A DNA stretch of 64,000 bases from an uncultured Ignavibacteriales bacterium (GTDB lineage: Bacteria; Zixibacteria; MSB-5A5; GN15; FEB-12). The notes under the pieces are model-generated. The model had not been told where the DNA came from, did not search any database, and was given only the letters and a program-made list of their open reading frames with translations. Positions 28,926 to 39,301 of the stretch are shown here, piece after piece (positions within the stretch are counted from its first letter, which is position 1; each line of letters opens with the position of its first letter). Location of the stretch: assembly GCA_964464605.1 (NCBI GenBank), contig CAYXJN010000002.1, positions 124,001-188,000 on the forward strand, in the 5' to 3' direction. The translations under genes were made by a program, and so were the position numbers.

Positions 28926-29396
28926 TTATTCGACGCGAAACGGGGAGTTCGGATCCTGTTCATGCCGGATTTCATCGACCTCTTCCACCCGCCCCGGCCC
29001 TTTGTAGAGTTTGTTAGGAAGATTGATAACGATCCCATCGGTCGTTCCGATATTTTTGTACGCATGCACCACTCCCGGCGGGATGATGACCATAGCGTTT
29101 AAGGCAACGCCGACATCATCGGTCGTGTGCAGGCCAAACGTCGGTGAAGCTTTCCGGTTATCCCAGAGATATAAGCGAAAGGTCGAGGGGCCGACAAAGC
29201 AGAACAGATCGGTCTGGAATTTATGCTCATGCGGACCGCGCACGATTCCAGGGCGGGTCATGGAGATATACCCCATGGTCGGGAGCGCATCATCGTAGAT
29301 TTCATCCTGCCGGAACAACTCGGTCAGCCAGCCGCGTTCATCGAAAAATTTGCTGAGTTTGCGAATCACGACCCCATCTATCAATTGTTCAGGCAT
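28926..29396 (-). CDS. rfbC: dTDP-4-dehydrorhamnose 3,5-epimerase family
   Basis: DERGWL.E, RGPHEH, LWDNR..SPTFG, IPPGVVH. Confidence 0.85.
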   Translation of the reverse strand: MPEQLIDGVVIRKLSKFFDERGWLTELFRQDEIYDDALPTMGYISMTRPGIVRGPHEHKFQTDLFCFVGPSTFRLYLWDNRKASPTFGLHTTDDVGVALNAMVIIPPGVVHAYKNIGTTDGIVINLPNKLYKGPGRVEEVDEIRHEQDPNSPFRVE

Positions 29397-30285
29397 AGCT
29401 AAATGTTTCCTTGTAGCTTTGTAAAAACCGAATGAGTGAATCTTCAAAATGCGGCATCCGGTTCAGTTGTCGTTCCTTCAGCCGTTTATTTTCAAGCGAT
29501 GAATTAGCCGGACGTTTGGCCGGTCGGGGAAACTGTTCGGAACTGCACGGGATAATATCGACCGTGAGTCCAACTTCAGCGAATATCGCCGTTGCAAAAT
29601 TATACCAGGTGGTTTCCCCCTCGGATGTTGTATGCACAATTCCGGTGATATCAGATACCGCCAACACACGAATCTGCTCAGCTAAATCGAGTGTCCAAGT
29701 TGGATTTCCTTTTTGGTCATTGACTACTTTTATCGGCGCCGGTTTTTCTCCGGATTCGGCTTTGGAACGCCAGTCAGTACCAAGTTTCAGCATCGTTTTA
29801 ACGAAGTTCTTTCCAAACTGTCCATACACCCATGCTGTACGAAGTATGAGATGATTTGGCAATGTCGCCGCTACCCGCTCTTCCCCGGCGAGTTTGCTTT
29901 TACCGTATTGGTTAATAGGATTAGTAACATCACTCTCGACATAAGAGTGCTGTAAGCACCCATCGAAAACATAGTCGGTTGATATATGCAGCAGACGTGC
30001 GTTGATTTGTTTACATGCTTTGGCAACATTTTCCGCCCCCTCGGCATTGATACGAAACGCTAAGTCAGGATTGGATTCTGCGCCGTCGACATCGGTATAA
30101 GCGGCACAGTTAATAACGATATTCGGTTTATCATGAGAGAAAACTGCAACGACTTGCTGTTGATTGCTGATATTACAACGCTCACGACCAACCGGTATTA
30201 CGTCAAAGGAACGACCAAAGGCCGCAGAGATGTCTCGGCCTAATTGTCCGGCCGCACCGGTGATAAGAACCTTAGGCGGCACCAT
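29389..30285 (-). CDS. rfbD: dTDP-4-dehydrorhamnose reductase
   Basis: [21 protein letters not shown]. Confidence 0.95.
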   Translation of the reverse strand: MVPPKVLITGAAGQLGRDISAAFGRSFDVIPVGRERCNISNQQQVVAVFSHDKPNIVINCAAYTDVDGAESNPDLAFRINAEGAENVAKACKQINARLLHISTDYVFDGCLQHSYVESDVTNPINQYGKSKLAGEERVAATLPNHLILRTAWVYGQFGKNFVKTMLKLGTDWRSKAESGEKPAPIKVVNDQKGNPTWTLDLAEQIRVLAVSDITGIVHTTSEGETTWYNFATAIFAEVGLTVDIIPCSSEQFPRPAKRPANSSLENKRLKERQLNRMPHFEDSLIRFLQSYKETFSYA

Positions 30286-31165
30286 CTACCTCAGCGACGA
30301 CATCAAGCAGATATTGCTTATAACTGTTATCCGCCATTTTGTTCAGCAAACCGGTCATCCCCTGCCGGTTGATAAAGCGCATTCGGTAAGCGATCTCTTC
30401 GATACAGGCGATTTTCTGTCCCTGTCGTTTTTCGATAGTCGCAATAAAGTTTCCGGCCTCAAGCATGCTGTCATGCGTTCCGGTATCGAGCCAGGCGATG
30501 CCGCGCCCTAAGCGAACAACCTGCAGTTGGCTGCGCTCTAAATATGCTTTGTTGACATCGGTGATTTCCAATTCACCGCGCGCCGATGGTTTCAGCGATT
30601 CGGCGATTGATACTACCTGGTTATCGTAGAGATATAATCCGGTTACGGCATAATGCGATTTCGGTTTGGCCGGTTTTTCTTCGATAGATAATACTTTGCC
30701 GTTCGGATCGAATTCCACCACGCCATAGCGCTCCGGATCACTGACATAGTATCCGAACACGAGCGCACCGCCGACAAACCCGCGCGCTTCACGAAGGAAA
30801 TCATATACGCCGTAAAAGATATTATCCCCCAAAATCAACGCGACTGAGTCGTTGCCGATAAACTCTTTCCCTAAAATGAATGCCTGTGCGATTCCGGCCG
30901 GTTTCGGCTGTACTTTGTAGGAGATACGCAAACCAAGTTCTTCACCGGTGCCGATGAGCGCTTCGATTTTCGGCGTGTCGGAAGGTGTGGAGATGATAAG
31001 AATATCGGTAATACCGAAGAGCATCAGCGTTGAAAGCGGATAATAGATCATCGGTTTGTCATACACCGGCAAGAGCTGCTTGCAGGCAACCTGTGTTACC
31101 GGATACAACCGGGTGCCGCTTCCACCGGCCAAAATAATTCCTTTATGCACACCAGTTTTCGCCAT
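30272..31165 (-). CDS. rfbA: Glucose-1-phosphate thymidylyltransferase
   Basis: [32 protein letters not shown]. Confidence 0.97.
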   Translation of the reverse strand: MAKTGVHKGIILAGGSGTRLYPVTQVACKQLLPVYDKPMIYYPLSTLMLFGITDILIISTPSDTPKIEALIGTGEELGLRISYKVQPKPAGIAQAFILGKEFIGNDSVALILGDNIFYGVYDFLREARGFVGGALVFGYYVSDPERYGVVEFDPNGKVLSIEEKPAKPKSHYAVTGLYLYDNQVVSIAESLKPSARGELEITDVNKAYLERSQLQVVRLGRGIAWLDTGTHDSMLEAGNFIATIEKRQGQKIACIEEIAYRMRFINRQGMTGLLNKMADNSYKQYLLDVVAEVDGAA

Positions 31166-31171
31166 CAGTCA

Positions 31172-32227
31172 TCACCGTCCTGCATACTGTTTTTCATAGT
31201 ATTGTCGATATTCGCCGGTGATACAACCATCCAGCCATCGGCCATGCTCTAAATACCACTTCACCGTTTTTTTAATGCCATCCTGAAAACTATGTTTCGG
31301 CTGCCATCCGAGCTCTCGTTGTATTTTGCCCGCGTCGATAGCGTAGCGCCTGTCATGCCCCGGGCGATCGGCAACGAACGTTATCAGGCGTTCATGTTTC
31401 TCTCCGCCGACTAATTCATCCAGAATCCGGCAGAGCAAGCGAACCAGTTCGATATTTTCAATTTCATTATTGCCGCCAAGTGCATAGGTCTCCCCGGCTT
31501 TTCCTTTGTGAAAAACGGTGTCGAGTCCATGACAGTGATCTTCGACGTACAACCAGTCCCGCACATGTTTGCCGTCACCGTAAACCGGAAGCTGTATACC
31601 TGCTTTCGCATTGCGAATAATCAGCGGAATCAGTTTTTCCGGAAATTGGTACGGACCATAGTTGTTCGAGCAATTGGTCGTCACGATATCAAGTTTGTAC
31701 GTGTGAAAATAAGCGCGGACTAAATGATCCGCTGATGCTTTTGACGCCGAATACGGTGAGTTCGGTCGGTACGGGCTTTCTTCAGTAAATTTTCCGCTTT
31801 TGCCAAGCGAGCCGAATACTTCATCGGTCGAGACATGCAAAAAGCGAAAGGGGCGAGTTGTTGAAATAGCGCGTGCGATTTCAAGCAAATGAAATGTTCC
31901 CATCACGTTGGTTTGGATAAAGCGATCCGGCCCAAGAATCGAACGGTCAACGTGCGATTCAGCCGCGAGATGAATGATACCGTCTATCCGGTTTTCTTCA
32001 GCGCATTCCCTAATCGCGGCGGAATCCTGAATATCGACTTTGGCGAAACGATAATTGGGAGCTTTTTCGATATCATGCAGATTGGAAAGATTGCCGGCAT
32101 AGGTCAGGCAGTCGACATTGACGAACTGATACTGCGGGTAGTTCGGCACCATTTGCAACAGCAGATTGGAACCGATAAATCCGGCTCCTCCGGTGACCAT
32201 AATACGACGCTCAAATTGCATGCTCAT
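31172..32227 (-). CDS. rfbB: dTDP-glucose 4,6-dehydratase
   Basis: GGAGFIG, AAESHVDRS, STDEV, YSASK, RPGHDRRY. Confidence 0.97.
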   Translation of the reverse strand: MSMQFERRIMVTGGAGFIGSNLLLQMVPNYPQYQFVNVDCLTYAGNLSNLHDIEKAPNYRFAKVDIQDSAAIRECAEENRIDGIIHLAAESHVDRSILGPDRFIQTNVMGTFHLLEIARAISTTRPFRFLHVSTDEVFGSLGKSGKFTEESPYRPNSPYSASKASADHLVRAYFHTYKLDIVTTNCSNNYGPYQFPEKLIPLIIRNAKAGIQLPVYGDGKHVRDWLYVEDHCHGLDTVFHKGKAGETYALGGNNEIENIELVRLLCRILDELVGGEKHERLITFVADRPGHDRRYAIDAGKIQRELGWQPKHSFQDGIKKTVKWYLEHGRWLDGCITGEYRQYYEKQYAGR

Positions 32228-32315
32228 TAGTTTACTCGCAGGATCTATTTTGCGCTAAGGTGAAGAAAAGCGGGGTGAAATCAACCTTTTTTCTTCTCCC
32301 CCCAAAAATAAGAAA

Positions 32316-32388
<73 letters not shown>

Positions 32389-32440
32389 AGCAAAAAATCG
32401 GAAGTTTGAAATTAACCGTGCAAATGGCGGGACTGTCAAT

Positions 32441-32818
32441 CTAATTCTTCGGCGTGTGCGCCAGATATGACCGAGTTGCCGGAGCAAAAAGGAAATACAA
32501 AACGACGGCGGAAAGCGCGAACAAGATAATGCTTTCGTAGCGGCTGAAGTCGAAAACAGCCAGCACAGCGACGGCAATATGCGCCGCAATCATTCCATAC
32601 CAGCCCCACTGCTTGTGATCTTTATAGGCAAGCGCGAAAGAGACCAGAATAATGCCAACTGCTGCGTAAATCAGCGAGGTCTCAATCGATGAATACTGCC
32701 GATCCAGCACCGCCAGCACGATATTAACACCGCCATAGAGTAAAAAGGTCAGCGAAAATAAAAGACCATACCAATACGACAGGCGAAAAGTTATCGGTTG
32801 GGCAACTGAAGCGGTCAT
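32441..32818 (-). CDS. Small membrane protein, about 4 TM
   Basis: Hydrophobic ORF with SD GGAGG. Confidence 0.7.
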   Translation of the reverse strand: MTASVAQPITFRLSYWYGLLFSLTFLLYGGVNIVLAVLDRQYSSIETSLIYAAVGIILVSFALAYKDHKQWGWYGMIAAHIAVAVLAVFDFSRYESIILFALSAVVLYFLFAPATRSYLAHTPKN

Positions 32819-32839
32819 CGTGTATCCTCCATTCAAGAA

Positions 32840-33805
32840 TTACAGGCTTTCACCCAAAAGTCCGGCGCCGATAAAACCGGCGTCATTACCTAATACCGCC
32901 CGCGTGACCAATAGTTTCTCGGTCGCGGACGGAAAGGCATGTTTTTTTATCGTGGCAGTGACCGCTTCCAAAAAGCCGCCGCCGCCATCCACAATCCCTC
33001 CGCCGATAACAATTACCTGCGGATTTAACAAATTAACTACACCGGCCAAGCCTATGCCTAAATACCCGGCCGTTTCTTCGACTACTTCTTTTGCGATTAC
33101 ATCCCCTTTTTTCAAAGCGGCAAAGACCCGTTTAATACTCAGATTGTTGATACTCCCCTCAAGTGCCTCTTCAAACTCCGGGGTGAGGCCATGCTCCAAG
33201 CGCCCCCGTACCCGGCCGATTATTGCCTGCGAAGAACAATACCCCTCGATTGAGCCTTTGATTCCGGCATGTTCGGGGCCGTTGAAGTTGATCGTCATAT
33301 GTCCCAGTTCTCCGGCCGAGAAATTCGCTCCCCGCCAGAGCTTGCCGTCGAGTATCACCGCTCCGCCGACTCCAGTCCCGACGGTCACACAGACCACCGA
33401 GCGGGCTCCTGTGGCGGCTCCAAAGCGAAGTTCTGCCAAGGCCATGGCATTGGCATCGTTGTCGACGTAGACAGGCATGTTAAGTCTATCTTTGAGGTTA
33501 TCACCTATCGCCATACCGTTCCAACCTGGAATGTTCGGTGCGGCACCGATAACTTTTCCGGTGCGATTGTCAACGCAGCCCGGGGTTCCGACTCCAATGT
33601 ATTTTACCGGATAATCCTCTTCAGCGGCATGGTACATCAGCTTTTCAGCGATATTGGTCACTAAATGCATCAGGGGGGTCGCTCCCTTTTCCGCCAAAGT
33701 CGGACGGAGCTCCCGATAGAGTACTTTCCCCTTTTCGTCAACTAAACCGTATTTGATGTTTGTTCCGCCAATATCAATACCGGCGTAAACAGTTTGGTGG
33801 GACAT
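32840..33805 (-). CDS. ROK-family sugar kinase (glucokinase-like)
   Basis: GIDIGGTN, VDNDANA, GTGVGG, GELGH, LGNDAG. Confidence 0.92.
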   Translation of the reverse strand: MSHQTVYAGIDIGGTNIKYGLVDEKGKVLYRELRPTLAEKGATPLMHLVTNIAEKLMYHAAEEDYPVKYIGVGTPGCVDNRTGKVIGAAPNIPGWNGMAIGDNLKDRLNMPVYVDNDANAMALAELRFGAATGARSVVCVTVGTGVGGAVILDGKLWRGANFSAGELGHMTINFNGPEHAGIKGSIEGYCSSQAIIGRVRGRLEHGLTPEFEEALEGSINNLSIKRVFAALKKGDVIAKEVVEETAGYLGIGLAGVVNLLNPQVIVIGGGIVDGGGGFLEAVTATIKKHAFPSATEKLLVTRAVLGNDAGFIGAGLLGESL

Positions 33806-33915
33806 CGTGAAAAGCCGTTACAATTCTTTACAACTTCAACGCTCGTAAGTGGTTACAGTTAACAATGCGGCGACAGTATAGCGGTTGTTGAAAGTAGAGT
33901 CAAGTAAAACAAAGA

Positions 33916-34815
33916 TTAGGAAACGGCTACTCGCTTTTGTCTGCGCTCACGATATAATTGCCCGATTACCGCGCCGGTTACGAATGTCGCCGCGCTGTAA
34001 TAGACCCACAACGCGACAACGATTAAGAAAACATAGACTCCGTAGAGTTCCGTGAAATTCGCCCACTCAGTGATATACCAGCCAAACAATCGGCGCGCCA
34101 ACTCCCAAAAAATCGTCGCCCAAAGGGCGCTGACAAGTCCGACCTTGCGGCCGATATCGGCAAGCGAAACTAAACGATACAACCAGTAAAACAGACCGAG
34201 GATAACGACCGAGGAAAAAACAGAGAGAAACAATTCGATAACTGGTGTCAGATAGACCGCCTCTACCCAGTTGTCATGAATAGGGATTTGATTAATCAGA
34301 CTGACGAGCGGAAACGCGATAGTCGCCGCGAGAAAAAAGACCAATACCAAAACGACCATCAAGAGATTTTCCAACTGCGCCATAATAAATGACCTGGGAC
34401 GGTATCCGGTAAAAATCATATTCAGCACGGTGCGCATGCTGCTGAACAATCCGCTCGCGGCGAACAACAACCCGATTACGCCGACAATACCGACCGTTCC
34501 GCCGATCGTTCGCGCCTCATCGACGCGGGAAAACAACTGCTCCTGTATATAGGCCGCGTAGTCCGGATACGGAATTGTCCGTTCGATAAAAAAAATGATC
34601 TGATCCCGCACCGCACCCTGCCCTACAATAAATCCGGCGAATGAAAAAAGGACTAACACGAAGGGGACAATACAGGTGAAGAGCGAAAAGGCCAGCCCGC
34701 CACAGAGCAGAAACAAATTGTACATATTCAACCGGTCAAGTGTGCCTATGACATAGTAGCGGTAAAAATCGTTGAGACGTTTTTGATACTGATACAAGCG
34801 CTTCACAGATATCAT
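33916..34815 (-). CDS. YihY/BrkB-family membrane protein
   Basis: Six-TM pattern, LAFSLF..PF, YG..LWVYY motifs. Confidence 0.88.
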   Translation of the reverse strand: MISVKRLYQYQKRLNDFYRYYVIGTLDRLNMYNLFLLCGGLAFSLFTCIVPFVLVLFSFAGFIVGQGAVRDQIIFFIERTIPYPDYAAYIQEQLFSRVDEARTIGGTVGIVGVIGLLFAASGLFSSMRTVLNMIFTGYRPRSFIMAQLENLLMVVLVLVFFLAATIAFPLVSLINQIPIHDNWVEAVYLTPVIELFLSVFSSVVILGLFYWLYRLVSLADIGRKVGLVSALWATIFWELARRLFGWYITEWANFTELYGVYVFLIVVALWVYYSAATFVTGAVIGQLYRERRQKRVAVS

Positions 34816-34818
34816 GAC

Positions 34819-36252
34819 TTACTTATGAAGCTGCTGTCGAATAAACAAAACCAATTGGGTGCGCGGGATAGTTTGCTGGACGCTCGAGGCTTTCAGCCAT
34901 TCTTCCCGGTCAGTAGTCTGTTCTGATAATTTTCGTCCGGCTATCAAGTTTTTGACGGTTATTTCTCCGCGCGCAAATTCATCTGACCCAGCGATCACAA
35001 CGAGCGGAATGCCGATTTTGTCGGCATAGGCAATCTGTTTGGTGATATTCTTCGTGTCACCGCTGAAGATTTCGGCTGCGATTCCTTCATTGCGCAGTTC
35101 ACGCAGCATTTCCAAGTAATCAGTCAGCCGATCACGATCCATAACCGTAACTAACACCTTTGCCGTTGCTGATTGCATAGTGAGCGCTTTGAGATGAATC
35201 AAAGCCGCCAGCAATCGGTCGACCCCTATCGATGCCCCTACTGCCGGAAACGTCCGATTCAAGAATCGCTCGACCAAATTGTCATACCGTCCGCCTGAGA
35301 AGACCGAACCAAATTCAGGCAGATCTAAAAGCGTCGTTTCGAATACCGGGCCGGTGTAATAGCCAAGACCGCGCACGATAGTCAGATCAATTGACAGCTT
35401 CGATGCATCGACATTCATCCCGGAAAGAATAGTCTGTATATCCCGCAATTCCTGAATACCAGCTTTTGCAATTTCGATATCGCCAAGTATCGCTTCGACA
35501 CGAGCAAGCGGGTCCCCCTCATTTTGCGACGCTATATTCAGAAATGATTCGATATTCTGAATATGCGTATCGGATAGGTTGAGTCCTTTGATTTTATCAC
35601 CTGATGAGTCCACTCTTCCCGGTCCTAACTCCAACAGAACAGCTGCCTTCCCCTGTTTTTCGAGTTTGTCGATTACACGGAGCACATCTGCTCCCTGTTC
35701 GCTTGGAATGCCGACATGCTGCAACAAACCATTCAAAATTTTGCGATTTGAAAAACGGACAACAAAACGGTCGATACCGAGAAACTTGAAAATCGTGACC
35801 ATCGCGGCGATGATTTCGGCATCGGCCAACAGGTTCTGCGTCCCGACGATATCGAGATCGAACTGCATGAACTCCCGGTACCGCCCCGGTCCCGGTTTAT
35901 CCACCCGCCAGACATTTCCGTATTGATAGCGGCGAAAGGGCAGCGCCAAAGTCGGCGAACCAGCGACATAACGGGCCAGCGAAAGCGTGAATTCATAACG
36001 AAGGGCCATATCGACTTCATCCGGCCCGGCAAAACCGAACAGCTCGCCGAGTGAATCTTCACTGTAATGCGAGCCAAGAAGCACATCGGCCCGCTCGATA
36101 GAAGGTGTTTGCAGCGGCAGAAAGCCCATCAATTCGCAGACATGCTGGACGTTTGTCAGCATCCGGTTTCGGGCGATCATCTCATCCGGAGGATAATCCC
36201 GAAATCCTTTCAGAATCTGCGGTTTTACTTTTTGCGCTTTCCTGTCACTCAT
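34819..36252 (-). CDS. hisS: Histidine-tRNA ligase
   Basis: KGFRD, GRYREFMQFD, VRGLGYYTG, GGRYD. Confidence 0.97.
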   Translation of the reverse strand: MSDRKAQKVKPQILKGFRDYPPDEMIARNRMLTNVQHVCELMGFLPLQTPSIERADVLLGSHYSEDSLGELFGFAGPDEVDMALRYEFTLSLARYVAGSPTLALPFRRYQYGNVWRVDKPGPGRYREFMQFDLDIVGTQNLLADAEIIAAMVTIFKFLGIDRFVVRFSNRKILNGLLQHVGIPSEQGADVLRVIDKLEKQGKAAVLLELGPGRVDSSGDKIKGLNLSDTHIQNIESFLNIASQNEGDPLARVEAILGDIEIAKAGIQELRDIQTILSGMNVDASKLSIDLTIVRGLGYYTGPVFETTLLDLPEFGSVFSGGRYDNLVERFLNRTFPAVGASIGVDRLLAALIHLKALTMQSATAKVLVTVMDRDRLTDYLEMLRELRNEGIAAEIFSGDTKNITKQIAYADKIGIPLVVIAGSDEFARGEITVKNLIAGRKLSEQTTDREEWLKASSVQQTIPRTQLVLFIRQQLHK

Positions 36253-36349
36253 CGTTTCTCAGTCCTTTTTGAAATACGTAATCAGTAAAAATTAACTTGG
36301 TAGAGCCATTGGGAAAGCTTTTTCTTCCGCCATAGATGATACCGCGGAC

Positions 36350-37732
36350 ATGTCCAAAACGAACCAAATGAGCACAAAAGCTATCGATCAGCTCCATTCA
36401 TTGCTTTCCAATGAGCAGATATCGACACATGCCGGTCATCTGGCGGTGGCGGCAAAGGATGAATCTTCCCTTGAACCGGTCACGCCAAGCGCAGTCGTAT
36501 GGGCAAAAAATGCTACGGATATCCAAAAAGTCATTCGCGTTTGTTATGAAACCGAAACTTCAGTTACACTGCGCGGCGGCGGGTCAGCTTTGGAAGGGTC
36601 AGCAATTCCTTCACCCAACAGCATTGTTCTCGATACAAGCCTAATGACTAAAGTTATCGAATATTGGCCGGATGATTTGCAGGTGAAAGTTGATCCGGGG
36701 ATTATTTATGACAATCTGAATGCGTACCTGAAAAAAGACGGGCTCTTTTTCCCGCCTTCACCGGGTGGTTCAGGAAACCTTGCCACTATCGGCGGCATGG
36801 TTTCAACCAATGCGAGCGGTATTTACACCGTCAAGTATGGCGCCACGAAAGAGTATCTGCTTTCACTCGATATTATAACCGGCACAGGCAAAGCGATGAC
36901 CATCGGCAGTCGGGCGTTGAAACGCTCGAGTGGATATAATCTGGTCGATCTTATCTGCGGCTCGGAAGGAACGCTCGCCGCAATTACAGCCGTTACGCTC
37001 AAAGTAGCCGGTTTGCCAGAAACAAGAAAGCAGAGCGCCTTTACCTTCAAAAATGAATCATCCGCGGCAAAAGCAGTTTCGATTATTCGCCAATACGGTA
37101 TCGATATCGCCGCAATCGAATTTCTCGACCGACGGGTAATGGAAGCATTGAACCTGCTCAAAAACTATCAACTGGCCGAAGCCACGTCTTTGTTTTTGGA
37201 ATTTCACGGTTCCACCGAAACCTGCACCGCATCCGACACTGCAACTACCGAAATTTGCACAGATTTGGGCGGTGAACGGATTACGCTGCCGAATAACCAG
37301 AATCCATGGGAAATACGGCATTACGTAACCGAGTCCATCAAACATCGCAAACCGGGTTACGCAATTATCCGCAATGATATCGCCTTCCCGATTTCTGCTT
37401 TACCCCGTGTGGTTGAATATTGTCTAACTGAAGCGGAAAAAGATGGGCTGATGATTCACACCTTCGGACATGTCGGTATGGGGCTGCTCCACGCGCTTAT
37501 TCTCGCCAGAAGAAATGATACGCAGGAATGGGAAAAGGGGATGGCCTTAAATACCCGGATTATCCGAAAGGCGATCGCTGAAAGCGGAACAATTTCCGGC
37601 GAGCATGGGATCGGGTTAAGCCATGTTCATCTGCTATCTGAAGAGCACGGAGATTCGGTTTCCCTCATGCGGGCGATGAAGTCACAATTTGACCCGCGCA
37701 ATATCCTGAATCCGGGCAAACTGTTCGGATAA
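36350..37732 (+). CDS. FAD-linked oxidase (GlcD / D-lactate dehydrogenase family)
   Basis: RGGGS, ATIGGM..TNASG, GSEGTL, GEHGIG, DPRNILNPGK. Confidence 0.92.
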   Translation: MSKTNQMSTKAIDQLHSLLSNEQISTHAGHLAVAAKDESSLEPVTPSAVVWAKNATDIQKVIRVCYETETSVTLRGGGSALEGSAIPSPNSIVLDTSLMTKVIEYWPDDLQVKVDPGIIYDNLNAYLKKDGLFFPPSPGGSGNLATIGGMVSTNASGIYTVKYGATKEYLLSLDIITGTGKAMTIGSRALKRSSGYNLVDLICGSEGTLAAITAVTLKVAGLPETRKQSAFTFKNESSAAKAVSIIRQYGIDIAAIEFLDRRVMEALNLLKNYQLAEATSLFLEFHGSTETCTASDTATTEICTDLGGERITLPNNQNPWEIRHYVTESIKHRKPGYAIIRNDIAFPISALPRVVEYCLTEAEKDGLMIHTFGHVGMGLLHALILARRNDTQEWEKGMALNTRIIRKAIAESGTISGEHGIGLSHVHLLSEEHGDSVSLMRAMKSQFDPRNILNPGKLFG

Positions 37733-37819
37733 ACCGGGCCATTCTCTTTCCTTGCCAAGTTACGGGAAAACCGTACCTTAGCGGTCGAAACCATTAGGGA
37801 AACAGGTGTATAATAGTAT

Positions 37820-38524
37820 ATGAAAATGAAGGCTGCGGTTTTTGCTCTTTTGACGTGCTTAACTATCGGTTCGCTTTTGGCGGAACCGGCGCTTGAAATC
37901 AAGGGAAACCGCTATGATTTCGGTATTGTCCCCCAAAACGCAAAAATCTGCCAGTATTTCTGGTTCAAATCAATCGGTACGGATACGCTTCGTATCTCGG
38001 AAGTAAAAACCGGGTGCGATTGTGTAACGATGCCTGTCGAAAAAATGTGGATTGCACCGAACGACAGCATGTTAGTCGGACTAAGCTGGGAAACGGAACG
38101 GCGCATCGGCGGCATTGGGCGCTATCCCTATGTGATGACCAACGCCCGTACCGAACCATATCGTATTTCCTTAACGGCTGATGTTACCGTCAAACCGGAC
38201 TCGGCATTTCCGATCTGCTCCCGGCCTTTCATTCTTTCTTTGGCAAAGACAGCGACCGCATCAATCGATAGCATGAGCTTTCGCTTGGTGAACCGAAGCG
38301 ACCAGGATATCACCTTACGGGTGATGTCGTATCCGCCGATTCAGGTTGATATCAATATCCCCACGCATATCAAGGCAAATTCAGAAATAGTTTCGTATGT
38401 GAAGGTAAAACCGGATTTTGTGAATCAGGAGTTTTCCACATCGATAACCCTGATGACTGACGACGCCAATGAAACGCGCCTGACGATTCCGATAGCCAGA
38501 AAAAATTACACGACGACAAAATGA
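37820..38524 (+). CDS. Secreted DUF1573 protein, paralog 1 (CDC motif)
   Basis: Signal peptide; YDFG..F.FKSIGTDTL.I..VKTGCDC. Confidence 0.85.
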   Translation: MKMKAAVFALLTCLTIGSLLAEPALEIKGNRYDFGIVPQNAKICQYFWFKSIGTDTLRISEVKTGCDCVTMPVEKMWIAPNDSMLVGLSWETERRIGGIGRYPYVMTNARTEPYRISLTADVTVKPDSAFPICSRPFILSLAKTATASIDSMSFRLVNRSDQDITLRVMSYPPIQVDINIPTHIKANSEIVSYVKVKPDFVNQEFSTSITLMTDDANETRLTIPIARKNYTTTK

Positions 38525-39282
38525 AAAAGGTTTTGACCAGAGCATTGTTCATCGGCTGGTTTGCCGTATTCGCACAATCAGTATTCGCCGCACCGCGGCT
38601 CACGATGTATGAAGATGCTTTCAATTTCGGATATATTCCCCGTCAGGTAGCTGTCAGCCATGATTTTTGGCTTTTTTCCACCGGTGATGAGCCGCTTCTG
38701 GTTTTGCAGGTAGTACCCGGTTGCAGCTGCACCCAGATGCCGCTTGAAAAGCGACAGATACCGGTCGGCGACAGTTCACGGCTGGAAATCATTTTTCACT
38801 CCCGCACCTTTACCCGTGGAATCACAAAACGACCGACAATTCAGACCAATGCCGGACCGGACGCAAAAGTATTGCAGGTGATTTCTTACGTAGTCACTGA
38901 TCCGGATTCTACCTACCCGATCAAGATTGCACCGTGGCTTATCGAACTGAAAGGTTCACCGGAAGCTGCCAATATGGAAGCTTCTTTCACCCTCACCAAT
39001 TTGACCGGCACTCCGCTTTCTACCGACATAATCGCGCTGCCAGGCGCCTTTGTGGATGTCGAATTGCCGGCGACTATTCCGGCCAACGGCTCGGTCAGGG
39101 GAAGCATTCGCGCCAAAGAAAACCAGGCGAAAAAAACATTTGAAAAATCGATTACTTTTGAGTTAAATGATGAAGCAAAAAGCCGATTTACTATACCAGT
39201 GAAGCGTACCTACCGAAGCGGAACAACAAGTTCCGGTACTGAAGATACGCAGAACCATGTAGCCGGAACCGGCAGCAAGTAA
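38521..39282 (+). CDS. Secreted DUF1573 protein, paralog 2 (CSC motif)
   Basis: FNFGYIP..HDFWL.STGDEPL..VVPGCSCT. Confidence 0.88.
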   Translation: MKKVLTRALFIGWFAVFAQSVFAAPRLTMYEDAFNFGYIPRQVAVSHDFWLFSTGDEPLLVLQVVPGCSCTQMPLEKRQIPVGDSSRLEIIFHSRTFTRGITKRPTIQTNAGPDAKVLQVISYVVTDPDSTYPIKIAPWLIELKGSPEAANMEASFTLTNLTGTPLSTDIIALPGAFVDVELPATIPANGSVRGSIRAKENQAKKTFEKSITFELNDEAKSRFTIPVKRTYRSGTTSSGTEDTQNHVAGTGSK

Positions 39283-39301
39283 ACACTGTTATACGATGTA
39301 T

